Shown piece after piece: positions 43,001 through 52,154 of a DNA stretch of 64,000 nt. The first letter of the stretch is position 1. Each line of letters begins with the position of its first letter. The stretch is from NCBI GenBank assembly GCA_001785865.1, contig MFUZ01000006.1, forward strand, positions 176,880 through 240,879. The letters run 5' to 3'. The translations under genes and the position numbers were made by a program. This stretch comes from Candidatus Nomurabacteria bacterium RIFCSPLOWO2_01_FULL_41_18. Lineage in GTDB: Bacteria > Patescibacteriota > Minisyncoccia > Phycocordibacterales > UBA9973. Below the pieces are notes generated by a model. It was given only the letters and a program-made list of their open reading frames with translations. It was not told where the DNA came from and searched no databases.

Positions 43001-43252
43001 ATGATCAAGAACAAGATAGCCACTGGCACAGTACACAAAGTACCAGCGGATTTGAGAAAGGCCGTTACTTCTGACAAAACGGTGCTAAAAACTTGGGAAG
43101 ACATCACTCCGCTCGCGCGCAACGAATGGATCTGCTGGGTTACATCTGGCAAAAAAGTAGAAACCAGAAATATCCGTATCAAAAAGGCACTCTCAAAGCT
43201 AAAAGGCGGAATACGTCGGCCTTGCTGTTGGGCTGGTTGTATTCATCGTTAA
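43001..43252 (+). CDS. YdeI/OmpD-associated family protein
   Basis: VPADL, W..ITPLARNEWICWV...KK.ETR..RI. Confidence 0.85.
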   Translation: MIKNKIATGTVHKVPADLRKAVTSDKTVLKTWEDITPLARNEWICWVTSGKKVETRNIRIKKALSKLKGGIRRPCCWAGCIHR

Positions 43253-43388
43253 AACCCCCTAAAACCCTGTAAAATCGATCAATCCCATCAAAATCAGCTC
43301 GATTTTGATGGGATTCGCCCAAAAACAACAAAACCCACGTCCGGATAGTCGAACGTGGGTGTAAACGATTTACACAGACAAAAAAAGT

Positions 43389-43508
43389 GAAGCTGGGTTG
43401 CAACCTCTGGCTGTTGGTTGCAGAATGCTGAATTTCCCGTGGAGGAAAAGCCTTCCAGCAGAGCAGAAGATCCAACAACTGATCATCGGTGAAGAACAAC
43501 CCAACTTC
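43389..43508 (-). ncRNA. Candidate 120-nt rod-shaped non-coding RNA
   Basis: Nested helices whose G-U pairs work only on the minus strand; promoter TTGCTT-16-TATAAA upstream, U-run directly downstream. Confidence 0.65.
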
Positions 43509-43564
43509 GATAAATTTATATCACAACAAAAACAAAAAGCAAATTTGTGTTATAATATGAGTCT

Positions 43565-43879
43565 ATGATCAAATATTTAATCATTTTAGGCCTTATACTT
43601 CTCGCTTGGTGTCCGTGGCTGACAGCAGAAGAAGCCTCAAATATTATTGATAACAGAGTCGCAGAAATGCAGGAAGCGAACCCGGATCTTTGCGCTATGG
43701 AAATAAACAAGGACTCGATCCGCAAAGTACCGTTTGGCTATACGGAAGAAGTTTCTTACGACTGTTCGGTCTCTGATCCTATCTACGGAGTCTTCCAATC
43801 GACAGAAATAGTGTTTATAACATTCTATAAAGGACTGATCGGCATGCCAAACCGAAAAGTTTTACAGAATTTTGATTAA
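43565..43879 (+). CDS. Secreted hypothetical protein
   Basis: Hydrophobic N-terminus; TATAAT 8 nt upstream. Confidence 0.7.
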   Translation: MIKYLIILGLILLAWCPWLTAEEASNIIDNRVAEMQEANPDLCAMEINKDSIRKVPFGYTEEVSYDCSVSDPIYGVFQSTEIVFITFYKGLIGMPNRKVLQNFD

Positions 43880-43901
43880 GACTGGATTTAATTATAAGTA
43901 G

Positions 43902-44144
43902 ATGCAAAAAAATATTAAAAAGGCTGCCATACTCACCGCTGGAATCGTCTTCCTCACACTCGGATTACTCGGCTTGGTGTTGCCCTTTCTGCAAGGAATT
44001 CTTTTTTTGGCTATCGGGCTCATTCTGGTCTCGTTCAGCTCACCAAAGATCCGTCTGTGGATAAATAAACACACGGCAAAATACCCTCACTTGTCTTCGG
44101 TAATAGGAAAAGTTGAGACCTGGATCACTAAATTTATCGGATAA
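43902..44144 (+). CDS. Small membrane protein (DUF454/YbaN-like)
   Basis: G..FL.LG..GLVLPFLQGILF. Confidence 0.7.
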   Translation: MQKNIKKAAILTAGIVFLTLGLLGLVLPFLQGILFLAIGLILVSFSSPKIRLWINKHTAKYPHLSSVIGKVETWITKFIG

Positions 44145-44147
44145 GAA

Positions 44148-45449
44148 TTATTTTTTACCGAGCCAGGCATCGTCTTGACGCACTAGGATTTTATTTTTGT
44201 TTTCCTTATCGAGAATTATAGCTTCCACCACCCGCTCGAGGCGCATTTTTTGAGAACCTTTCACTAAGATGAAATCGTTCTTTTTTACAAATGTTTTCAT
44301 AAATTCGCCTGCATCCGCCGCATCTTTGAATTCAAGAATGTTATTCGGATCCATTCCTGCATCTATGGCGCCGGACTTGATAGCTTGCGCCCGCTGTCCC
44401 ACTACGATCAATATATCGCAGTTGTCCTTGGCTAGCCTGCCCACTTTTTCATGCGCTTCTACTGTATGTTTCCCGAGTTCGAGCATGTCTCCGAGCACTG
44501 CGATCTTCCTGTTCTTCGCTCTCACTTCTCCCAGGGTCTTCACCGCTCCCTCACAGGCAAAAGGAGAAGAATTGTAGGTATCATCGATGATCATCGAGTC
44601 GTTTATGCCCTTTAGTAGGCGCATGCGTCCCGGTGGTGCATCGTATTTCTGAAGAGCGTCGATGGCATTGATGACGTTCAGCTTGAGCCCGAAAGCGAGA
44701 GCAATTGAAGCGAGCGAGGCGTATTTGTGATTTTTACCGAATGCTCCGCCGATCACTACCGGCAGACTATTGCCTCCTTTTTCATCCTCTACTCTGAAAA
44801 TTATTCCTTCCGGATCCTCCGAAGCATTGTACAAAATACTCTCCTGAGTTCCCAATACGTCGGCGCCTGGCTTGAATCCAAAAGTAGTCACCAAGCTTTT
44901 AGTTTTGCTCCTCATTTCTGAGACATCTTCGTCGTCGTAATTCAATATCAAGAGGCCGTCTTTTTTTAAAGTTTTAATGAGCTTGGTCTTTTCTTCTATC
45001 AAGCTTTTGCGAGAGGTAAAAAATTCAATATGAGCGGGAGTTTCTCCGATCGTAGTAATGATCACCACGTCGGTCTTGAGCCATAGTGCGGTCTTCTGCA
45101 TATCCCCTTCTTTCCCCACCCCCACTTCGAGAACCAACCATTTCGGATATTTATGAGGGAATAAAAATAGAGACAATCCTTTTAAAATATTCGAAAACCA
45201 AATCCAGGGATTGTTCCAGCCGTTCGGAATGCCTAAAATAGTAAGCGGCAGACCGATTTCGCTATTGTAACTTTTCTCGCTCTTCCTCACATGGGAGACT
45301 CCGGAGAGGACAGCATACACCGCATCCTTGGTGGAAGTTTTTCCGACACTGCCGGTAATGGCAATGATCTTCGGCTTGTACTTGGCGAGTACCAGTCGGG
45401 ATTCCATCTGCAATATGTAGGCTATAATTTTTCTAAATGTTGTTTTCAC
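44148..45449 (-). CDS. murF: UDP-MurNAc-tripeptide--D-Ala-D-Ala ligase
   Basis: ITGSVGKTSTK, NSEIGLP, IDDTYNSSP, LGDMLELG, LVKGS. Confidence 0.93.
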   Translation of the reverse strand: MKTTFRKIIAYILQMESRLVLAKYKPKIIAITGSVGKTSTKDAVYAVLSGVSHVRKSEKSYNSEIGLPLTILGIPNGWNNPWIWFSNILKGLSLFLFPHKYPKWLVLEVGVGKEGDMQKTALWLKTDVVIITTIGETPAHIEFFTSRKSLIEEKTKLIKTLKKDGLLILNYDDEDVSEMRSKTKSLVTTFGFKPGADVLGTQESILYNASEDPEGIIFRVEDEKGGNSLPVVIGGAFGKNHKYASLASIALAFGLKLNVINAIDALQKYDAPPGRMRLLKGINDSMIIDDTYNSSPFACEGAVKTLGEVRAKNRKIAVLGDMLELGKHTVEAHEKVGRLAKDNCDILIVVGQRAQAIKSGAIDAGMDPNNILEFKDAADAGEFMKTFVKKNDFILVKGSQKMRLERVVEAIILDKENKNKILVRQDDAWLGKK

Positions 45450-45455
45450 GTTTGA

Positions 45456-47216
45456 TTATGAACGGTCCGGCGGAACATCGTAATAATTTAATAAAAATTC
45501 TGTGATATCTACAAAGGGGTTTCCCCAGGTAGTTGCGGCATAGGACACGCCTTTCGGATTTACGGCATAAAGGAAAACAATAAACTTCGGCTCATAAGCC
45601 GGAAAATAACCGACAAATGAATGAATGTGCACGTCCTTATAATAGCCTCCAGTGGTATGGTCCGCAACTTGCGCCGTGCCTGTTTTTATCGCCACACTAA
45701 AATTATCTATTTTCCCTTGTCCGCTCTTCATCGTCTTATCCATGACACCGACCAGCATCCTGGTTATCTCTTCGGAAGTTTCCTCGCTTATTTTCGTGCG
45801 CGTGGTCGGGTAAGTGAGTTTCTTGGAACCGCCAGTCATGTATCTGATCTCTTTGATGACATGAGGCACCACTAGATTCCCGCCATTTGCGAGCGAAGCT
45901 AGAGCTCGGGTCATCTCGATCGGAGTGAGAGCTATTCCTTGGCCGAAAGCAGCGTTGGCATATTCTATTTCTCGAATATTTTTCAAATTGCTGGTAATAT
46001 TTTTCATCAAGCCACTGGTTTCATTTGGCAGGTCAATGCCAGTTTTTTCATCTAATCCATAGGAGAGCAAGTAGTCGTGCATATTTTGTTTACCCAATTT
46101 GCGAAAAACATAAACCATTCCTGTGTTCAATGATTGATTCAAAACTTCTTGCATGCTTGTACCAGGGCCACGACCTTTTTTGTCAAAATTAGTAATAGGT
46201 TTATTAGTATCTACCATCACCGAACCCTTGTCGTCATAAGTAGTGTTTGCGTTTAATACTCCCGCATCGATCGCCCCCGCCATAACGAGAGGCTTTACCA
46301 CCGATCCGAACTCCATCACGTTTTCTACCAGAGGGTTGGAAAACACAGAGATCTTGTTTTTAGAAAAATCATTCGGATTAAAGTCCGGTTTGGCTCCTAG
46401 CGCATAGATCGATCCGTCCATCGGATCCATAATTATCCCGCCGATAGAATCCACTTTATATCTTTCTTGCACCTCGGTTAATTTCTTTTCCAAAAAACTC
46501 TGCACTTCTGGTTCGATAGTGGTGACCACGTCTCCGCCTCTGTCCGACTGTCTGAATGGGCTGATGTTTGAAAAGACCTCTGCAAAGAAATTCACATACG
46601 GCTTGTCATTATTGTGAGCGAGGACTTCTTCATACTGTCTCTCGAGTCCATAACGCCCGCCCAAATCATTTCCCTTGTAACCGACAAAGCCGAGGGTGTG
46701 GGAAGCGAGCAAACCCCCGGGGTAAAAACGCCATTTCTCCTTGAAGACACTGACACCCGAAATTTTCAGAGCCGTCACCGCATCGGCTTTATCCTTGGAA
46801 AGGCGGTACGCGACTTCTTCGTAAGGATCGCCGACTTTGGATGCCTTCGCGATGAAATCTTCCTGGTCGAGAACTATTATTTTTGACAATTTCAGATAGG
46901 CGGCCTCTTTGTCAGTTATTTTGCTAGGATTGATTGTGACCTTGAATCCGGTGACTTGAGTGGCAGCTGCAATCAGATGCCCTTCTTTGCCATCCCGGCT
47001 TCTGTTTTGAAAGAAAATAGTTCCACGCTCATAAATATTACTTCCGGGCGTGACATACTGACGGTCGGCAGAAGCCGAGTACGTTTCCCCGTGCACCACC
47101 TGCACCATAAATAGCCTCGCGCTCAAGACCAGACTAAAAGCTACGATGAATAAAAGCGTAACTCTTGATCTATTGATGAAACTAAAGGTCATTTTGGACA
47201 ATTTTTGCTCTATCAA
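45456..47216 (-). CDS. ftsI: Class B penicillin-binding protein (FtsI-like)
   Basis: GSVVKP (SxxK), SLN (SxN), KTGTAQ; dcw context; exact start uncertain. Confidence 0.88.
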   Translation of the reverse strand: MIEQKLSKMTFSFINRSRVTLLFIVAFSLVLSARLFMVQVVHGETYSASADRQYVTPGSNIYERGTIFFQNRSRDGKEGHLIAAATQVTGFKVTINPSKITDKEAAYLKLSKIIVLDQEDFIAKASKVGDPYEEVAYRLSKDKADAVTALKISGVSVFKEKWRFYPGGLLASHTLGFVGYKGNDLGGRYGLERQYEEVLAHNNDKPYVNFFAEVFSNISPFRQSDRGGDVVTTIEPEVQSFLEKKLTEVQERYKVDSIGGIIMDPMDGSIYALGAKPDFNPNDFSKNKISVFSNPLVENVMEFGSVVKPLVMAGAIDAGVLNANTTYDDKGSVMVDTNKPITNFDKKGRGPGTSMQEVLNQSLNTGMVYVFRKLGKQNMHDYLLSYGLDEKTGIDLPNETSGLMKNITSNLKNIREIEYANAAFGQGIALTPIEMTRALASLANGGNLVVPHVIKEIRYMTGGSKKLTYPTTRTKISEETSEEITRMLVGVMDKTMKSGQGKIDNFSVAIKTGTAQVADHTTGGYYKDVHIHSFVGYFPAYEPKFIVFLYAVNPKGVSYAATTWGNPFVDITEFLLNYYDVPPDRS

Positions 47217-47559
47217 AAGACTCGCCCGGAGAAAGCAGGCCGAGAGTCTTGCGAGTTGCGAATGTCGCTTGAGTATTTTTGAATCCTAAAGAATACGAAA
47301 GGGTCAGATCGACTTTGTTCGACATGGATAGATAGGTGACTTCCAGATCTCGGACTTCATTGACAAGAGTGCGGGCGCTCGACTCCAAGCTTTGTCGTTC
47401 TACGATATTTTTGACCATATTGCCTAGGAGCAATACATATACCAAAGTAAGGAATCCGAGGGACCAAAAAATAAAACTGAACAAGGAGCGTTCAAAATTA
47501 TTGGTAACAATATTCAAACTCTTCACATGCATATATAATTTTGAACTGAGCTGCAACAT
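47182..47559 (-). CDS. FtsL-like protein
   Basis: Single TM plus coiled coil between rsmH and the PBP gene. Confidence 0.6.
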   Translation of the reverse strand: MLQLSSKLYMHVKSLNIVTNNFERSLFSFIFWSLGFLTLVYVLLLGNMVKNIVERQSLESSARTLVNEVRDLEVTYLSMSNKVDLTLSYSLGFKNTQATFATRKTLGLLSPGESFDRAKIVQNDL

Positions 47560-47562
47560 ATT

Positions 47563-48495
47563 TTATTTTTTTTCTAAGATCCTTAATTTTGCGCTTCTGG
47601 ATCTCGGATTATTTTTAATTTCACTTTCCCCTGCTAATATTACTTTTTTGTTGATCAATTCTCCTTCTCCTTTCGCAACTTTCTCTTTATAAAATCTCTT
47701 AACTATCCTGTCTTCCAGACTATGAAAAGATATGACCGACATTCTTCCTCCATTTTTCAAAAATTGAAACCCTTTCTCCAACCCTTCCGCGAGCGCTCCC
47801 AGTTCATCGTTGACCGCTATCCTGATCGCTTGGAAAGTCTTGGTAGCAAAATGAATTCGTCTCTTATTCCCCTTGCGAAACTTTGCCGGAATAGCTTGCT
47901 CTATAATCTTTACTAAATCAAAAGTGGTTTTAATCTCCTGCTTCTTTCTAAACTCCACTATTTCCTTAGCGATTCTCCGAGCTTGCTTTTCCTCGCCGTA
48001 GCCGTAGATTATATCGGCTAGGCTTTCTTCTTCCCAAGTATTTACCACATCCTGGGCTGTAATATCTTCTGAAGAAGGATTTTCTTTCATGGTCATGAGT
48101 AGCGGCTCATCGATCAAAAAAGAAAATCCTCGTCCAGATCCACCGGCTAGCGGACTCAACTGATCCGAACTCAAACCTAAATCAAAAATAATACCGTCAA
48201 CTTTTTCTATCCCCTCTTTTTCCAAAACTTTATCTACATTTCTGAAATTGTCGTTAATAAAAGTAAAATCACAATTTAATTCTTTGAATTTACTTTCAAC
48301 TCTCTCTAAAGTGCTTTTGTCTTGGTCAAGAGCTAGTATTTTCACGCTCGGATATCTTCGGCAAATCTCGGAGCTGTGTCCTCCGCCCCCGAACGTCGCA
48401 TCCACAATCACCAATTTCTCATTCCCCACCTTGTGCGGAGCAAGCAAACCATCTATAGCTTCATTTAAAAGAACTGTCTTGTGTATACTCGTCAT
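47563..48495 (-). CDS. rsmH: 16S rRNA C1402 N4-methyltransferase
   Basis: DATFGGGGHS, DLGLSS.Q, FQAIRIAVNDE, SFHSLEDR, NPRSRSAKLR. Confidence 0.96.
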   Translation of the reverse strand: MTSIHKTVLLNEAIDGLLAPHKVGNEKLVIVDATFGGGGHSSEICRRYPSVKILALDQDKSTLERVESKFKELNCDFTFINDNFRNVDKVLEKEGIEKVDGIIFDLGLSSDQLSPLAGGSGRGFSFLIDEPLLMTMKENPSSEDITAQDVVNTWEEESLADIIYGYGEEKQARRIAKEIVEFRKKQEIKTTFDLVKIIEQAIPAKFRKGNKRRIHFATKTFQAIRIAVNDELGALAEGLEKGFQFLKNGGRMSVISFHSLEDRIVKRFYKEKVAKGEGELINKKVILAGESEIKNNPRSRSAKLRILEKK

Positions 48496-48935
48496 TTTTG
48501 TCCGTTTCCGAGCGCTTCCGCTAATTGTTCCGCCTGCTTCTCGACAACTGCTTTATTTTCCGCCCAAACCTTGTCGTTCCAAACCTCCACTCTGTCCCTC
48601 ACGCCGACGATTGCCGCAGAACTGGAGAGCCCAATCCTTGCCTTCAGGAAATCCGGAATGAGAATCCTGCCGATCGAATCTATCTCCACTTCCGCCGCAC
48701 GTCCGAACATGTAGCGGTTGAAATTTCTCTGGTCAGCTTTCAGGAAAGACAGATCTGAATCCGAGTCAGAAAGTTTCTTGCTAACTTTTTCCCATTCTTT
48801 AGCTGTAAAAATGAACAAGCAAGCGCCCAACCCCGGTGTGATGATAATTTTTTTCCCAAGCTCCTTGCGGAACTTTGCCGGCATGGAAACCCTGTTTTTG
48901 TCATCTATTGTGTGTATGTATTCGCCGATCAACAT
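48492..48935 (-). CDS. mraZ: Division/cell wall cluster regulator MraZ
   Basis: DDKNRVSMP, DSIGRILIP, EVW. Confidence 0.95.
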   Translation of the reverse strand: MLIGEYIHTIDDKNRVSMPAKFRKELGKKIIITPGLGACLFIFTAKEWEKVSKKLSDSDSDLSFLKADQRNFNRYMFGRAAEVEIDSIGRILIPDFLKARIGLSSSAAIVGVRDRVEVWNDKVWAENKAVVEKQAEQLAEALGNGQK

Positions 48936-48957
48936 AAATTTTGTAAAAATTATTATT

Positions 48958-48995
48958 TCCCACTTCTTCCCACTTGATATACATTGTAAACCACT
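48958..48995 (-). promoter_or_regulatory. Probable MraZ boxes
   Basis: GTGGG repeats at 10-bp spacing (AAGTGGGAAGAAGTGGGAA) plus a third GTGG upstream of mraZ. Confidence 0.65.
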
Positions 48996-49019
48996 AACAA
49001 AATAACGCCAAGCCCCACC

Positions 49020-49028
49020 TGTGGATAA
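49020..49028. promoter_or_regulatory. Single consensus DnaA box
   Basis: TGTGGATAA (= TTATCCACA) upstream of the mraZ operon. Confidence 0.5.
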
Positions 49029-49043
49029 CTTTTAGTGTCGCTG

Positions 49044-49232
49044 TTGACTTCTGTTGATTTAGGTTTTATAATTAGAATGTTTGGTTCCCCGAGGGGGGTC
49101 GTACCTGCGTGCATTTCAGGCCGACCTCCCTCACTTTTCTTGAAAAAAATACAAGAAAAAGGTGTCTAAAAAACGCCCATATCAAAATGATGTCCCGAGA
49201 ATCCCTGTGGTTCACGGGCATTTTCTATTTTT
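49044..49232 (+). ncRNA. Promoter-driven structured transcript (ncRNA or 30-aa leaderless peptide)
   Basis: TTGACT-17-TATAAT at 49044-49072, two hairpins, then a terminator-like hairpin with T-run. Confidence 0.5.
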
Positions 49233-49250
49233 GGATAATTTTTACTCTTT

Positions 49251-49463
49251 TTATTTTGGTTTAAGCGCTCTAAGTCTAGCTATTTCTGTTTCAGCTTGAA
49301 TTTTCTTTGTATTTAAATATTCAAGTAAAGTCTTATCTTTGCTACCGGCTTCATTCAATTTAGCAATCTGCGAAACTGCAAATTCCAACATAGACTCTAA
49401 TTCTTCAATTGTTCTTGTAGGAGTTTTTTCTCTTGTTTCTGATTTTGATGACTTTCGTTCCAT
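49251..49463 (-). CDS. Small coiled-coil hypothetical protein
   Basis: 70-aa ORF 1 nt after lysS. Confidence 0.6.
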   Translation of the reverse strand: MERKSSKSETREKTPTRTIEELESMLEFAVSQIAKLNEAGSKDKTLLEYLNTKKIQAETEIARLRALKPK

Positions 49464-49464
49464 G

Positions 49465-50931
49465 TTATTTTGGCTTCATTGTTGGAAAAAGAATAACTTC
49501 TTTTATGTTTTTCGCGCCTGATAAAAACATGACAAGTCTATCAATTCCTATGCCAATTCCCCCATTTGGAGGCATGCCATATTCCATAGCTTCTAAATAT
49601 GCCATATCGGTCGGTGAGATCTCTTCTGCCCCTTTTTTTGCTTTATTATCCTGATCGAGATAGCGCTCTTTTTGGTCGATAGGATTATTGAGCTCGGTAA
49701 ACGCATTTACCAACTCGAGACCTGAAATGACTAACTGGAAGCGATCGATAATGGATGGATCATCTTCTTTTCTTTTTGCAAATGGATTAAAAGCTACGGG
49801 ATAATCTATGATGAATGTAGGCTGAAGCAAATTTGAGCGACACAGCTTCTTGTACACAGAATCTAGAATATTCTCTTTCGATTCATCGGGTTCAATTTTG
49901 ATGCTATTTTTTTCTGCAAAGGCGGCCAATTCTTTTTCTGAGATATTTTCTGGATCTTTTATCCCTGAATATTTCTTTATCAAATCGTAAAACGTAATTA
50001 CCTCGAATTTTTTAGAAAAATCCAATGCAGTTTCCCCTATCACAACTTTATCTTGCTGAAAAATCTCCTTGATTAAATATTTAAATAGTTTTTCTGTAAA
50101 ATCTCTCTGGGTTTCGGCATCGCCATAGACTTCTTGAGACTCAAGCATGGTAAATTCGGGATTATGGGTGGTATCAATCCCTTCATTCCTGAATTTCCTT
50201 CCGATCTCGTAAATCTTTGTAAAACCTCCGACCAAGAGCATCTTCAAATATAATTCTTGCGCGATGGTAAGAAAAAAATCTGCATCTAGGGCATTGTGAT
50301 GCGTAATAAAAGGCTTGGCGATGGCACCGCCAGCAACTGTCTGCAATCTCGGAGTTTCTACTTCTATATAACCATTGTCGTTATAGAACTTGCGCACTAA
50401 GACAACGGCACGAGAACGTAAAAGCAACCTGTCCTTCGCTTCTTCATTCATCAAAATATCCAAATATCTCTTTCTAAATCTCTCTTCCACATCTTGCAAT
50501 CCGTGCCATTTTTCAGGCAAAGGTCGGAGGCTTTTTGAGAGCATTCGCCAATCTTTGGCCTCTACTGTCTTCTCTCCTCTTTTTGTTGTGAAAAAACCAC
50601 CTTGAATTTCTACAAAGTCCCCAATATCCACTATTTCATTAAAGAAATTAAATTTTTCTTCAGAAAGGACATCTTTTTTTAATAAACCCTGAAAAGTTGC
50701 AGTGCCATCATTTAAAGTTATGAAAATAATTGCGCCTTGCCCGCGAATAGACATGATTCTGCCGGCTATCCATTTCACTTCCTTACTTTTCTCCAGATTC
50801 TCAAAATTTAGGACAGCTTCACTGATGGCGAGCTCCCTTTTTGACTCCGCCGGATACGGATTCACACCCTTTTTCTTTAAGAGCTCAAGTTTTTTTATCC
50901 TGGCATCCCTAATTTCATCAATTGAAGACAT
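49465..50931 (-). CDS. lysS: Lysine--tRNA ligase (class II)
   Basis: LRPLPEKWHGL, FRNEGID.THNPEFT, YGMPP.GG.GIGIDRL. Confidence 0.97.
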   Translation of the reverse strand: MSSIDEIRDARIKKLELLKKKGVNPYPAESKRELAISEAVLNFENLEKSKEVKWIAGRIMSIRGQGAIIFITLNDGTATFQGLLKKDVLSEEKFNFFNEIVDIGDFVEIQGGFFTTKRGEKTVEAKDWRMLSKSLRPLPEKWHGLQDVEERFRKRYLDILMNEEAKDRLLLRSRAVVLVRKFYNDNGYIEVETPRLQTVAGGAIAKPFITHHNALDADFFLTIAQELYLKMLLVGGFTKIYEIGRKFRNEGIDTTHNPEFTMLESQEVYGDAETQRDFTEKLFKYLIKEIFQQDKVVIGETALDFSKKFEVITFYDLIKKYSGIKDPENISEKELAAFAEKNSIKIEPDESKENILDSVYKKLCRSNLLQPTFIIDYPVAFNPFAKRKEDDPSIIDRFQLVISGLELVNAFTELNNPIDQKERYLDQDNKAKKGAEEISPTDMAYLEAMEYGMPPNGGIGIGIDRLVMFLSGAKNIKEVILFPTMKPK

Positions 50932-50990
50932 ATTTTTCAGCCTGAAGCTGATACTCCTTCAAAGGCGGACACAGCGCCTCCAGAGGAAAG

Positions 50991-51458
50991 TTAAGAAACA
51001 TCGAGAATTTTATAATTTACTTTTCCACCCGGAGCAGTGAAAGAAACATTTTCACCTTTTTTTTTGCCAAAAAGGGCTTCTCCAAAAGGAGATCTGTTTG
51101 AGACCTTGCCCTTCCCCATATCAGCCTCTTCGGAACCCACTATAGTATAAGTCCTTTTGTCTTGGCTACCCACTTTCTGCACAATGACATTCGAGCCAAC
51201 TTCTATCAAATCTCCCCCACCTCCGGAAACAGTCTCTGAAGACTGCAAGATTTTTTCTATTTTTACGATGCGTCCTTCGAGCTTGCCTTGATCTTCGCGA
51301 GTCTGATGGTATTCCGCATTCTCCGACAGATCACCCAAAGATTTTGCATACTCCAAACTAGCCAAGATTTCTTTTCTTTTCGGCCCTTTCAAATCTTCTA
51401 ATTCCTTCAACAACTCTTCTCTTTTTTCTTTGGTTATATAGTTAGCTGCTTGGTCCAT
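50991..51458 (-). CDS. greA: Transcription elongation factor GreA
   Basis: GDLSENAEY, IVGSEEAD, SP.G.AL.GKK. Confidence 0.96.
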   Translation of the reverse strand: MDQAANYITKEKREELLKELEDLKGPKRKEILASLEYAKSLGDLSENAEYHQTREDQGKLEGRIVKIEKILQSSETVSGGGGDLIEVGSNVIVQKVGSQDKRTYTIVGSEEADMGKGKVSNRSPFGEALFGKKKGENVSFTAPGGKVNYKILDVS

Positions 51459-51534
51459 AATTGTTTATAGTATCTTTTTTACCAAAAAAGTCAATACATT
51501 TTACAAAAAATCATTTATATGATAGTCTCTCTGT

Positions 51535-51768
51535 ATGGCAAACACCGTAATCGAAATAAAGAAAAATCCAAACGAGAACAATTCCAGCGTTCTGCGTCGT
51601 TTTTCACGCCGGATCCTGGAGTCAGGCATCATCCGCAAAATAAAAGGGGCTCGCTACAACGTGCGACAAGAATCCAAACTCAAGATAAAAAAAAGCGCGC
51701 TCAAGAGAATGGCTCGCAGGAAAGAAATCGAGCACTTAAAAAAACTCGGCAAAATGGTCACGAAATAG
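51535..51768 (+). CDS. rpsU: 30S ribosomal protein S21 (CPR type)
   Basis: IEIKK..NE...VLRRF.R.I..SGI, basic tail. Confidence 0.75.
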   Translation: MANTVIEIKKNPNENNSSVLRRFSRRILESGIIRKIKGARYNVRQESKLKIKKSALKRMARRKEIEHLKKLGKMVTK

Positions 51769-51772
51769 AGTC

Positions 51773-52114
51773 ATGCATTTCAAAAAATTAAAAAACGACA
51801 TTCTAGGAAAAGACTATTCCCTGTCGATTGCTTACGTAGACGAAAAGAAATCAGAAGAGATAAATAAAAAATATAGAGGCAAAGACAAACCGACAAACGT
51901 CTTGTCTTTTGCTTTGCGCAAAAATGAAGGCGAACTCGTGTTGTGCAAACCTGTCATCAGAAGAGAAGCGAAAAATTTCAATAAGACTTTCAGTCAGTTC
52001 CTGGGCTTTTTAGTTATCCACGGCATGCTTCATTTGAAAGGCCTCAAACATGGCAAAAAAATGGAAAAACTAGAGAAAAAATACTTGTCCCGTACTAAAT
52101 TTTTGATTAAGTGA
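51773..52114 (+). CDS. ybeY: rRNA maturation RNase YbeY
   Basis: N..YRGKDKPTNVLSF, IHGMLHLKGLKH. Confidence 0.92.
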   Translation: MHFKKLKNDILGKDYSLSIAYVDEKKSEEINKKYRGKDKPTNVLSFALRKNEGELVLCKPVIRREAKNFNKTFSQFLGFLVIHGMLHLKGLKHGKKMEKLEKKYLSRTKFLIK

Positions 52115-52154
52115 TATAATAATAAGTATTAGTAAATAAAATTTTAGTACTGGG

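Noticed and set aside
43179-43499. 106-aa minus-strand ORF
   Set aside because: Non-ATG start, runs through a terminator and overlaps ydeI antisense; the strong pairing fits an RNA better.
43389-43508. SRP 4.5S RNA
   Set aside because: Right size and rod shape, but no GGAA tetraloop with the CAGG/AGCAG internal loop.
49020-49240. Replication origin
   Set aside because: Only one DnaA box and no dnaA/dnaN nearby.
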